Source: Selaginella moellendorffii
Lineage: Eukaryota > Plantae > Lycopodiophyta
DNA: 64,000 nucleotides
Assembly: GCF_000143415.4 (NCBI RefSeq)
Contig: NW_003314268.1
Coordinates: forward strand, 1,003,987-1,067,986
Direction of reading: 5' to 3'
The notes beneath the pieces were generated by a model, which was not told the DNA's origin, did no database searches, and saw only the letters and a program-made list of their open reading frames with translations. Of this stretch, positions 41,783-54,039 are shown one piece after another. The first letter of the stretch is position 1; the number at the start of each line of letters is the position of its first letter. Position numbers and translations under genes: made by a program.

Positions 41783-44700
41783 ATTTAATATAAATTGTAA
41801 TATCTAATATATTTTCAATAGAACTATAAGCTTACTAAAAAAAATTAAATCCATTATATTACTACTAATTGTTTTTGTAAATTTCTTAGAAAATTATATC
41901 TGGTTTTATGCAAAATTTACGTGTAATCTCATTTTCTTTTTATATAATTTTTTTTCTTTAGAAAAGAACATGTGATTTTGGTTGTGAATGTAAACTTTTT
42001 AAATTAGTTGTGCCAAATGACACAACTATAGACTAATAACTTAGTTCCAGCAAATAAATTTCTTAAGAATGGATTAAATGCTCATTCAGACAAAAGAAAC
42101 AGAATATACTTCCCATTGGAATTATAAGAAATGGCACTGAGAAATGGTTGTCAACTTGAGAGCGTTTCTGTGCTGAATAACAAATATTTTTCCGTTCGGT
42201 GAGTTCTCATAGCTCTGAACGAACGAATGGGATGGCAGACATGCAAGTTCGATTTGCTGTTTTATCTGCTTTGAACGATATTTCGATACCTTGCATTCAA
42301 TCTGTCAAGGTAAGTTAAGCCTACAAGAAAGCAGCCACCACACCAATTCTGCTGGTGGTCTGGGTTACAGTGGCGGCAGCTTGTACACACATACGTAGAA
42401 CATTTCTGTCAGTCCACTTAAACCCCCTTGGATACAATCGCTTTGGCGTGCTCGCATAAAACTTTGGCAATGGAGCTCGACAGTGTCCCAAAAAGATGTA
42501 AAGTCTGGCTCTGCTACAATGTTGGGTTCATTCAACAGCAGAGAAGCAGTTGGAGTGGGAGAGCATGTGAAGATCAGAAGTTAGCAGATCTATCCAATTA
42601 TAAAACTAAAAAGAAGGAAAACTATAGTTGCTAGGTTCCAGGGCCACCATGTGTTGCGAGCAGAATCTCTAGGAGCTAGAAGAGCTTCTTCGTGCATTCA
42701 TTGGAATCGAGACATTTGAGGGAGTGGCAGTGGTGTCATTTTCAAGAAGGCGCTGGTCGCTGGTCGGTCGGTAGTTTGGTTCAAAGTTCAGACCTTCCAG
42801 CAGCACGACTTGCTTCCTCCCTGTTTTGTCAAGCGCCTCCAATTGGTGAAGGTGACGGTGAAGGTGACGGCAGCGGTGGTAGTGGCGTACCGTGCGTAAT
42901 GGTTGGTGCTTCGATCATCTTCCCCAAAACTTTTCTCTTCCTCCTTGTGGGAGTTTGAGAAGTCTGGGAAAGCTCTTTAAATTATTTCGGGAAGAACATG
43001 GTGGGCGGTGGGGAGAACATGAGACACTGTTCCACTCGCTCACACAACTCACTTGCATCAATGATCGTCAAGTTCGTAGCGTAAGCTGATAGCTAGCCTT
43101 TCTCTACCTGAATCATGGGCTTCTTTTCAACTTTTTTTTTTTTTATTTGGAATTTAAACAGCAGACATTTGTGGATTGTGTGTGTCGTCTGCCGCCACAG
43201 GTCCAGAAAGTGTCCCCGCAGCGAGATCTGAACTCTGAAACCGAAGGGGCTTCTGTTTCTTGCTGTGCTAACTCACCCGTCGGCATCAGATTCAGTCGCT
43301 TATATATACACTTCGAAATTGCAAATGTCGCTTTTCCTATGAATACTATCCATCATTCAATGGCCACATGAACTCGAAAGCAACAAGACGACGATCCTAA
43401 GGTTGAATCATCAATTTTTCTGGTTTGGTTCCATCAACAAACTTAGGGGGACAGGTTGGACCACTCGAGCTTTTTCCTCGCCCAACTTGGGATCACAGTT
43501 TCGCTTTGAGTGTGACCCAAGAGAACTTTGATCCAGTGCAACTTGCAACTTCATCACTCCGTACTGCTCTATTTCCTTCAAGGAAATTTTGTTCGTACGC
43601 TGCATGTGGCCGACGGACGTGGCGGGCAGGAACCAATGACCGTTATTCCGTCGCAATCCCACCCGCCACTCCCACGACGCCACGTCACGGCCCTGTTTCT
43701 TCGTTGTCTGGGAAGAAAGAAAATGTTTTCGTTTATCTTCGAAAGCTTCACATGGAAATGATACCGAGACACGTTCTCACGTGGCCGTGGGATCAGAGTT
43801 TCTCCGGAGAGATGCCGAAAGATTCGGCTGGGATTCCCTTGTTGAATCCCATGGCACCAATGCGTTGAAATGGAGTGACATGGGAGTGGGGTGCACGACG
43901 GACGAAACTTTCTTCTCTCCAATTGGCCGGCACTTTGATTTGTCTTTTTGGGGTTCCACTCATGGGATAGATTACAATTTACATCTTTAAAAAAATGTGG
44001 AAAGCTTTCCACCGATTTTTTTTCTTTTCTTTAATCGCTTTGCAACAACGACAACGGCCAACTGAAAGAACATGGATTCGATTCAAGCGTTGCTCGCCAG
44101 ATGTTTTATTTGGATTTGGGGCAATCTAAGGCGTTCGTTTGGAAGGTTTGATAATTGTTACGACCCGGCTCCTTGATCAACCAAAGTAGAAAATGGTTTG
44201 CTTGGATTGAAATTCCTTGAAGATGCGCCCGCCATATTATCCAAACTTTGGAAGCATCATCGCCGCCTTCGACATACATTGTCTTAGTGGATTCCATCTC
44301 TATCTAAGATAGATTCCATTTCCATTTCATTTGGAAACTTCAATCTCAAGAGCAACGATTTGCTGACTGGGCGTGGTAAAAACCATGCCTTTTTACTCCT
44401 CTTTTACCACGCCAGTCAGTGGTCACGCTCTCCGCAAAATCCAACACGCCGCCACGCCACGACCATTATAGAAAATGCATGTGTGGATGAATCATCAAAC
44501 ACAGGGAAGCAAAGAAAAAAAAAAAAAGCCTTTTTACTTTTGACTGCAGTTTTTACCATCTCCACTACTTACACGCCCTCGGTCAAAGTAAAAATCGGCG
44601 CTCCTCCCAAAACCCAACCAACCAACGTTTCACCTTGTTCTGTTATTTCCGTTGATCAGACAGTGGCTGTCCGTTAGTTTAATTCGAAGCTTTCCGCCCG

Positions 44701-44849
44701 AAAACACTCGAGCGATGGAGAGAACGCCCCACCAAAACGCTCCCGGGATCCAGCTAAGTCACGCTTTCTTTGAGCGGTCCCAATGCGGCGGCCCGGGGAT
44801 CGCCCGCTAGCTTAGCGATTTGGCCGAGCGATCGCCTCCCCCCTCGCCG

Positions 44850-44857
44850 TATAAAAA
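44850..44857 (+). promoter_or_regulatory. Candidate TATA box of the pectate lyase
   Basis: TATAAAAA followed by a pyrimidine-rich 5' UTR-like tract. Confidence 0.5.
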
Positions 44858-45199
44858 CCCCCCTCTCTTGTTGAGCCATTCATCCATCCATTTCATTCAT
44901 TCAATTGCCCATCCTTTCCCTCTTTTTCTCGCCTTCTTTCTTTCTTTCTTTCTCCCATTCGATTGATCGCTCCCCCTCGCCTTCCTCTCTCGCGATCCGC
45001 GAGTTCTTGGGCTGGATTTCGCAGCGGCAGGGTCTTGATTCCTCTGTTTCTTTGGCGACAAGGCGAGGATACGAAGATTCTCCGCGCCGTCTGCCGAAAT
45101 TTCGACCTGCATTGCGCGAAATCCAGCGATCCACCGGGTTTTTCTCTCCCGATTCGTCTCTCCAGCTCCCATTCGATCTCGTCTTTGCCGGATTCTTGG

Positions 45200-47150
45200 A
45201 TGGATCGCCCGGCCAGAGTCTTGCTTCTTGTTCTTGCGTGCTGCTGCGCATCGCTCTTCTTCTCGCTCGCCGCCGCCTCGAGAGCGCTCAAGGATCATCG
45301 ACACCAGGGATTCAACGCTAGCGCCAGCGCCAGCGGAGCCATCGATAATCCCAGGTCCGATTTCTTCCCCAGGGTTTCTTGTTTCTTGGATGCTTCGATT
45401 CCTCGTTCTTGTCTGGATCAATGCCCCTGCTTGGGCGAGATTTGGAGGAATTCCTTTCGGATTTCCAGTCCCATTCCTGTTAGCTGGAGCATTAGGTGAG
45501 ATGTGTTGATTGTCGAGACAGAGTAGTCGTTGTTCTTCTGGTGGATTTCCACCAGGGAGATTCGAACCCCTGGTCTGGTCTCACTCTTACTGCCGTGATT
45601 CGAACGCGCGTCCTCTTTGTCCTTTGAAAAAAATTCGACTCACTCCGGGCTTTTTTTCTCTCAGAGGGAATGGCACACAAAGGAGGGAAGCGTTCTCGCT
45701 ACTGGGCTGTGGCAGCAGCGGCAATCCGATCGACGACTGCTGGCGCTGCGACCCAAACTGGCACAACAACCGCAAGCGCCTGGCCGAATGCGCGATTGGA
45801 TTCGGCCGCAACGCGATTGGGGGTAAGAACGGGGAGATCTACGTCGTCACCGACTCGAGCGACGACGACCCAGTGAACCCCAAGCCCGGCACGCTGCGCT
45901 ACGGCGTCATCCAGTCGGAGCCGCTGTGGATCATCTTCGAGCGCGACATGAGCATCCGGCTGAGCCAGGAGTTGATCGTCAACAGCTACAAGACGATCGA
46001 TGGGCGAGGCGCCAACGTGGAGATTGCTCACGGCCCCTGCATCACGATCCAGTACGTGTCCCACGTCATCGTCCACGGCATCGCGGTCCACGATTGCAAG
46101 CCTGGGGGACCGGCGATGGTGAGGAGCAGCACGACTCACTTCGGATGGAGGACGGTGTCGGACGGGGACGGGATTTCCATCTTTGGATCCAACAACATCT
46201 GGGTGGATCACTGCACGCTCGCACGCTGCACTGATGGTCTCATCGACGCCATCATGGCTTCCACGGACATTACCATTTCAAACAACCATTTCAGCGACCA
46301 CGACAAGGTGTGTGCTCTGCTCTCTCTTTTTTCTCCAAAGTATTCCTTGTTTACAGCATTTCCCCGGACTGGGTTCTTGCATGGATGTTTTTTTTCTTGA
46401 TGTGTTCATGCGTTCTTTGCTCGCCAGATTGCTTGGGTGATTGTTTCCGTTATGTGTTCTTGTGTGTTTGCTCGCTAGATTGCGTGTCTTGGGAGATTTC
46501 TGGTAGCGTAACTGGTTTTTCTCACGCTTGAGTTGTCGATTTGCAGGTGATGCTCCTGGGACACAACGACGATTACACTGCGGACCGGGCAATGCAAGTG
46601 ACTGTAGCTTACAATCACTTTGGACAGGGTTTAGTCGAAAGAATGCCGAGGTCAGCCTCATCCTTTTGCTTTCTTAGCGCACGGGTTTGGCTTTTCTAAA
46701 CTGGATTTCGTTTTCTTCTTTTGCTTTTGTAGATGCCGACACGGATACTTCCACGTCGTCAACAACGATTACACCGAGTGGAGGATGTACGCCATTGGAG
46801 GCAGCGCGAACCCCACGATTAACGCCGAAGGCAATAGATTCTTTGCGGGATTCAACGAAAACTCGAAAGAGGTAACTCTTTACAACCTTTTGTTTGTATT
46901 TACAAACCTCATGTTTGCTTCTAAACAGATAACAAAGCGAGAGTACACGGAGCAATCCATATGGAAGAGCTGGAACTGGAGATCCGAGGGGAACTTGTTC
47001 ATGAATGGAGCGTACTTCATCACGTCTGGAGCTGGATCCGGGTCGGTCTACGGCAAGGCCTCGAGCCTCGCCGCCAAGCCCGCGGCCTACGTTGGTGAGC
47101 TAACTCTCTCGGCAGGAGCACTTCTCTGCGGCATAGGATTTCCATGCTGA
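45200..47150 (+). CDS. Pectate lyase (PL1), secreted, multi-exon
   Basis: Signal peptide [16 protein letters not shown]; [72 protein letters not shown]. Confidence 0.96.
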
Positions 47151-47552
47151 CTTGAGGATGATCATCGCCATCGCCAGTCGTCATCAGCAGCTGTACAGCA
47201 GTACTCCTATAGCTCCTCGATCGGTCTCGCCCTCTTAATTAGCCACTGCGGACTACGATTTTTTTGAAGGTCTCAGACGGAATAAGCGGTGTTCCATCGC
47301 TAGAGGGATGGTTACACGATGGAGAGGGAGAGAGAAAGAGAGGAGCTCCATCTCTCTTTTCCATCTCCATGGAAGCAAGAAGAAGAAGGAAAGTCTGGCA
47401 ACCTCGGCCGGGAATGGAAGAACACTGGAAAGAGTTCTCCAGCCTTGGCGCGGAAGCGTTGTTTGTTTGCTCTTTCCATATGAAACAAAGAAAAGTTTTT
47501 AAGTACCTCCGGAAGTTTTAGTTTTGCTTGATTATAACGCGAAGAACTTGTT

Positions 47553-49039
47553 CTAGCTCTTGCTTCCCTTGTGCTTCAACGCTGCTGGGCACAAGTTACT
47601 AATCAAGCAGTCGCCACAGCGAGGACGAAGTGGAGTGCAAATGGTCTGACCAAATCCAACCTGCGAAGAAAGTTGATACAGAACAAAACATGGAACAAAA
47701 TCGAACCAGCAATGGATTGATCGGAACCCATTCTTCCCTCGGCAGCCACGACTCTAGCGAGATCCGCGTCTCCTCTGGAGTTTTCGTGTCCTTTCAAAGC
47801 AAACAAGTATGGATCACAGTCTAGAGAGAACTTTGCTGGAAGAAACAACGTACCAAGCGTTTCTTGGATGTTGATTTTGGATGTGAGACCCATTCCAGCC
47901 GGTTTGTGATCCGGTGGACGTGAGTGTCGACACAAATGCCATGCACGCTCTCCCAGCCGACGTTCATCACCTAGATAAAGTTTTGGAACTCCGAAGGAAC
48001 AAAAGGAAGAACTTTGTTTTACCAGATGAGCCATCTTTGGGCCGATTCCAGGAAGAGCGAGGAGTTCACTGAGCGTTTTAGGAATGTCTCCTTGGTACTT
48101 TTCCAGGCACAGTGCCGCAACTTTCTTGAGATAACTGGCCTTTCTCGCATAGAAGCCAACCTTTCACGGGTCACAGAATCAGAAAAAAGTCGCGAACGTC
48201 AGAGTTTTCCGCACCGGATAGATCGCATCTCTGATTGTCGACTCTTCGGCTTTGGAGAGATCTTCCATCGACAACAAGTGCCGCTCCGAAAGCCGCTTCA
48301 TTGCACCTGAGCAGGCTTAAAGTTAAGATCCGAGGGGTATAGGGAACGATCAGAGTATCAAATAATAAACACCATGGTTTACTTCGTCCTTAGTCTGGCT
48401 GGAGAGCAGCGCAGATATGAGAACTGCAACTCTTCGCTCCTGAAAAGCGAAGAAAATCCATTTTGTTCTTCCAAGAAAGAAGAAGAAGAAACTAAAAACC
48501 TTTGGTGGAAGAGAGATTCCAGCTTTCTCGCATCCCATGGAGTCGACTGGGGCATCCTCAGAAGCTCTCATTTTTCGTATCCCTTCCAAAACTTCTTTCC
48601 ACTTTGGAGGCTCTCCTGTTAGATGATTACTTTGCTACAAGCAAAGATGGAATAGAATTGAATAGAAGCGCTACCTTTCTTCTTTAAATCCATAGCTTGA
48701 TTGCCATCGTCACAATTTCCCTATCGAAAGGAATGAAAAAAAGAAAGAAAGAGAAAGAAAGAATGCGAACCTCGTAAGAGACTTTTACAAATGCACGCTT
48801 GGAAGCCCTCTGGCTATGGACATTCGAAGCACTCCTTTTGTAAGTCCTAAGGCTGGAGGGGCTGGATTCCTGCTTGATCCTCCTCGGCACAAACGCATCG
48901 CTCTTGAGCTCAAACTCGGAGAAAACCGATGAAACATCGCGATTCCTGCGATGCGCCTCACGAGAAAATGAGTGCATCAGACAAGAAAGGAAACTCACTG
49001 TGCAGGAGGAGGCGCGCCATCGCCAGAAAACTCCGCCAT
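47553..49039 (-). CDS. NTH1: Endonuclease III homolog (HhH-GPD DNA glycosylase/AP lyase), multi-exon
   Basis: [64 protein letters not shown], [4Fe-4S] motif [17 protein letters not shown]; start exon tentative. Confidence 0.92.
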
Positions 49040-49351
49040 TAGAATTAATCGAAGAAACCTAAAACCCTGCGATATGTTCCATCAAAACCGCAGGAATGTA
49101 AAATAAAATTGCTGATGCTATTGACCAGTCAACGAAAATTATTGACCACATGTCCATTGACCGTGACCAGTCAACGATGGCCGATGGGTCAACGGTCCGA
49201 AAACTCTTTAAAATTTGCTATCAGTACAAGCATATAGCAATTCTTTCATAAAAACTAACTTGGTAACTAGAATGATTGAGTCACTTCATGATTAGTAAAG
49301 AGAATCACTGAGGTGCTCCCCTGGGTCCGTCAGATTTTACTTCTTTTGCAA

Positions 49352-49396
49352 TGTCTTGGATTGAACCGGGGACCTCTACTGTGTGAGCCACCCAAG
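49352..49396 (-). pseudogene. Internally deleted tRNA-Val(CAC)-like relic
   Basis: Minus strand TGGGTGG-CTCACACAGTAGAGGTCCCCGGTTCAATCC-AAGACA resembles plant tRNA-Val(CAC) lacking the D arm. Confidence 0.45.
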
Positions 49397-50410
49397 CTCA
49401 TGAAACCTAGCTTCACTTTGTATCTCCAGTATTCCTTTCTTGATCATGGCTTGGAAGGCATACGCTGAAAGTCTCCTTCCAATTCACAATTGCTGATGAA
49501 GGTTGTGCCCAAGATCTAGGCACCCTGCACGAAATGCAAAGATAAGATTGTATCTCAGATCTATTACAACGTCTCAGGTACGTAATTTCGTCCAAGAGAA
49601 ATCTCTTCATGACAATAGAGCTGTTTCAAACTATACGCTTATATTCTGGAAGTGGATGATCCACACTACACATTCACTGACGATTTTAAAAAAATCATAA
49701 AGAAGAAGAAGAAGAGGAGTTCGAATCAGGAGATTTCTGAGCCAAACAAGGATAAACATGGCACCTACTGTTGCTGCTCTTCTAGTGGTCTGAAGCTTGA
49801 CCATTTCTAGAAGTTCTACGTTTTTTCACTTGCCAGCTTAATCTTATTCCCTTTTCTATTTTTCTTTTTAGAGTCTCGACAAAGCCAATGTGGCCGATGA
49901 ATTCTCGGCCAGCTCCATCTGACAGCCTGGTCGCTCGTCTCGTGAGGAAAGGTCTTCCATAACAACTTTATGAATTCTTGACATGACATTTTTTTAAGTT
50001 GTCGTCCACCTTGCCTCTGACTCCTTGTAGTACCGTTGGACACAATCTCACAAGTTCATGTCAAAGTCAATGCTTGTAAACAGGGACTTGACTTGAATAG
50101 TGCCTATAGCCAAACTTGCATTGCTTTTTATGAAGCTTTTACGATTCCCCGGAATGATTCCTTCATGCAGGCGTAACATCCTTGAAATTTAATCGCAACG
50201 ATGGGAACGACCATTTCAACGTAGCACTCGCGTGCTCGGGATGTTAGATGGACAATCCTATTGCAAGAAATTTTTGATGAAAGAAAACGAATGATCTGGT
50301 GCTCTACGTTAAACCCTCGTTCGAAATTTATTACAAGGAAAACAGAGAGGAGACATCGATCATCTCATCCACAACGAAAACTCTTTGTGATCAGCAATCA
50401 GTCCCGAATT

Positions 50411-50819
50411 CTAGCAGCAGCAGCAAGAGCAGCAGCAGCAGCAATCGTCCTTTGGCTTCGGCTTGGGCTTTTCCACCTTGATCTCCTGGAAGGATTCCAC
50501 AGAAATACACTTGCGTTTCTTCTCGGTGGCCTTGAGGATGTCGTCCACCTTGAAATCACCCGTGAAGGTGTAAAAGGGATCGTTAACCTCCACTTTCTTC
50601 ACACCTGCAAGAGCACGAAGATCTCTTGATCAGCGATCAAAATTTGGGAGAATTTGCGGAAATCTACACTCACCGGAGACGTCGTGATAGATCTGAGACA
50701 TAATCTTGTCCTTGCATTTGTTGCAAGAGTCCACTTTCAAGACAACCTGCAGCACAGAGCTCGAGATCAAACAAGGCTCAACGAAATCAGCCAGACGCAA
50801 TGCTCACCTTCCAAGCCAT
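50411..50819 (-). CDS. HMA-polyCys protein copy A (~92 aa, 3 exons)
   Basis: MAWK|VVLKVDSCNKCKDKIMSQIYHDVSG|VKKVE...KPKPKPKDDCCCCCSCCC*. Confidence 0.82.
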
Positions 50820-51124
50820 CTTGATTGTCTACGAATTTGCAGATGACAGTTGTGAAATTCGCAGCTTTGACAAGCTTGAGACGCTAGATACCGGAAGACG
50901 GAGAAGCGGAAGAGAAGAGGGCCCTGCTGCTGACTGGGGAGACGTCATCAATTTAAGCAGTCGGATGGAATGCTTTCCACGGTTTACGCCGTGTGGAAGC
51001 CGGTCTTTGTATGTACGATGAATCCCGCGCACGTTCGTAAAAAGAAAACTTTTTTTTATTATAATATCGAGACATAGAATCCATTTGGCGCCAAAGCCCT
51101 AATTTTTGGAACAGAAATGTAGAT

Positions 51125-51811
51125 TTGAACTTGATGGTCTCGCTGGCGTGCAAGAGCTGGCGCGCTCACACCGGCGTGGAGCTCCACTTCTGCGATTGCG
51201 TCCACGACGCCATCTCCAGCGTCATCGCGTGCCTCCGCAAGGTCTGTTTAGAAGCAAACATGAGGTTTGTATACAGACAAAAAGTTGTAAGAGTTAACCT
51301 CTTTCGAGTTTTCGTCGAATCCCTTTGGCATGACCTCCAATGGCTCCAGTCGGTGTAATCGTTGTTGACGACGTGGAAGTATCCATGTCGGCATCTACAA
51401 AAGCAGAAGAAGAAGACGAAATCCTGTTCGAACAGGGCAATGCAAGTTTACAATCACTTTGGACAGCATCCTTTTTCTTTCTTAGCTCACAGCAGCACGA
51501 CATTCTGATCTGCGATCTACGAGATCCGAGCAACCCTACGTCGCGGCGCGGAATGGAGCGTACTTCATCACATCTGGAGCTGGATCCGGGTCGGTCTAGG
51601 GCAAAGCCTCGAGCCTGGCCGCCAAGCCCGCGGCCTACGTCAGTAGCACTTCTCTGCGGCACAGATTCCATGCTGACTAGTGATTATCATCGCCAGTCGT
51701 CATCAGCAGCTGTATAGCATTACTGGACTGCGGACTAATTATTATCCCTCTTAATTATTTGAAGGTCTCGGAAGGAATAAGCTGGTGCAATATCATTTGA
51801 AGGATGGTTAC

Positions 51812-51856
<45 letters not shown>

Positions 51857-52030
51857 CCATCTCTCTCCTCCATCTCCATGGAAGAAAGAAGAAGGAAAGT
51901 CTGGCAACCTCGGCCGGGAATGGATGAAAACTGGAAAGAGTTCTCTAGCCCTGACACGGAAGCGTTCTCTCCATTTATGAAACAAAGAAAGAAGTTGTAC
52001 CTTTGGAAGTTTTGCTTGATCGTATCCTGA
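51125..52030. pseudogene. Mosaic of an F-box-like relic and pectate lyase fragments (inverted ~46700-46930; direct ~46590-46680 and ~47000-47500)
   Basis: Near-identical exon and intron sequence of the PL gene in both orientations; LACKSWR F-box-like motif. Confidence 0.8.
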
Positions 52031-52222
52031 AAAACTTCTTAGCTCTTAATAGATCATATGTGGATAAAAGATATAATGGAATAGTGCTAGTTGCTGCAAC
52101 ACAATGTGCAGCAATTTATTTTGTGTTGCTGATTAGGCAAATGGGAGAGTTTGAGAATATTCACAACATATTATTATTCTATAAATGTGATAACATATTA
52201 CTATTTAACATTTATTCCTTGG

Positions 52223-52510
52223 ATGCTTTATTTCGTTAAAGTGGGACTTTTCATTATCCCACTTATGGTGTGTGGCCACATGCCATTTTTATAACAACAA
52301 TAAAAAATTAAAGTTTTAACTTTATAATTTATAAATTAAAAACTTTTCATATGATTTTGTGTTATAATATTGTGAAATATAAAAAAATAAATTAAAAAAC
52401 TGATAGAAATATTAATAAATATTAATTAAGTACTAGGAAATGGCATGTGGACACATGCTAATTAATGTCCCACTTTACTGAATAAGTCCCACTTTAACGA
52501 AATAAAACAT
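52223..52510. mobile_element. MITE with 27-bp TIRs and apparent 4-bp TSD (TTGG)
   Basis: ATGCTTTATTTCGTTAAAGTGGGACTT / AAGTCCCACTTTAACGAAATAAAACAT; empty site TTTATTCCTTGGAGAAA in the paralogous unit at 57181. Confidence 0.85.
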
Positions 52511-53289
52511 TTGGAGAAATTACATGGTTAACTAAACTAAAGATAAGGTAGTACCAACTCGAGGAACACCCAATTGCTGGTCTGACGAATGAGCCTAGCA
52601 GCTCATCTAGACAAAAAGTGGGGTGAATCTAGTAGGCTAGGGCATTGAGATGGAACAGCTGTTTGCAGGGCAGAAATGTGCTCAAGGACTTGTATACGTA
52701 TGTGGATCCATCATACACGTGGTGCTCTCTCTCCAGGAGTGCAGATGAAAGATATGTGGATTATATTGCCCAGCTCCTGTTCAACGATCTGCTGCCTCCA
52801 CCTTAATTGTCTTGGGAAATCATCGCAACTGAGACACTAGATACCGAGTCGGAGAGACGGAGACCAGAGAGGGCAAGCCGTACATACTTGGGGCGGAAGA
52901 TGAACTGCTGGTTCTAGATTAATCATAGATTAATATAAGCAATTTGAATTATATCCCAGCAAGCTACATACGGCAACTCGCATTACTTTTTCGAAGCTTC
53001 TACGATTCCCCGCTGATTCCTTTATGCAGGCTTTGTGTGTCAACATCCTTGAAATTTAAACATTTCCGCTCCCCCAAAGATGGGAAGAACCATTTCAACG
53101 TAGCACTCGCATGCTCTGGATGTTAGAATCTCAATCCTATTGCAACAAAAATTTGGTGAAAGACACCGAATGATCAGGTGCTCTACGTTAAACCCTCGTT
53201 CGAACTTGATTACAAGGAAAACAGAGAGGAGAGATCGATCATCTCATCCACAACAAAACCTATGTATGATCAGCAATCAGTCCCGAATT

Positions 53290-53698
53290 CTAGCAGCAGG
53301 AGCAAGAGCAGCAGCAGCAGCAATCGTCCTTTGGCTTCGGCTTGGGCTTTTCCACCTTGATCTCATGGACGGATTCCACAGAAATACACTTGCGTTTCTT
53401 CTCGGTGGCCTTGAGGATGTCGTCCACCTTGAAATCACCCGTGAAGGTGTAAAGGGGATCTTTAACCTCCACTTTCTTCACACCTGCAAGAGCACGAAGA
53501 TCTCTTGATCAGCGATCAAAATTTGGGAGAATTTGCGGAAATATACACTCACCGGAGACGCTGTGATAGATCTGAGACATCATCTTGTCCTTGCATTTGT
53601 TGCAAGAGTCCACTTTCAAGACAACCTGGAGCACAGAGCTCGAGATCAAACAAGGCTCAACGAAATCAGCCAGACGCAATGCTCACCTTCCAAGCCAT
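53290..53698 (-). CDS. HMA-polyCys protein copy B
   Basis: MAWK|VVLKVDSCNKCKDKMMSQIYHSVSG|VKKVE...DDCCCCCSCSCC*. Confidence 0.82.
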
Positions 53699-54039
53699 CT
53701 TGATTGTCTACGAATTTGCAGATGACAGTTGTGAAATTCGCAGCTTTGACAAGCTTGAGACACTAGATACCGGAGGACGGAGAAGCGGAAGAGAAGAGGG
53801 CCCTGCTGCTGACTGGGGAGACGTCATGAATTTATATCCGAGCAGCAGTCGTTCCACTCCGTTTACGCAGAAAGTTTCCCGTAGGAATTGCCGTGTGGAA
53901 GCCGTGTTTGTAATCCCGCGCACGTTCGTAAAAAGAAAACGTTTTTTTATTATAATATTTTTTATATCGAGACCTAGAATCCATTTGGCGCCAAAGCCCT
54001 AATTTTTTGAACAGAAATGTAGGGTTTCATCTTGATGGT

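Noticed and set aside
41900-44800. Several 60-150 aa ORFs upstream of the pectate lyase; possible miRNA or lncRNA locus
   Set aside because: No domain, conserved miRNA or clear hairpin seen; treated as regulatory intergenic DNA
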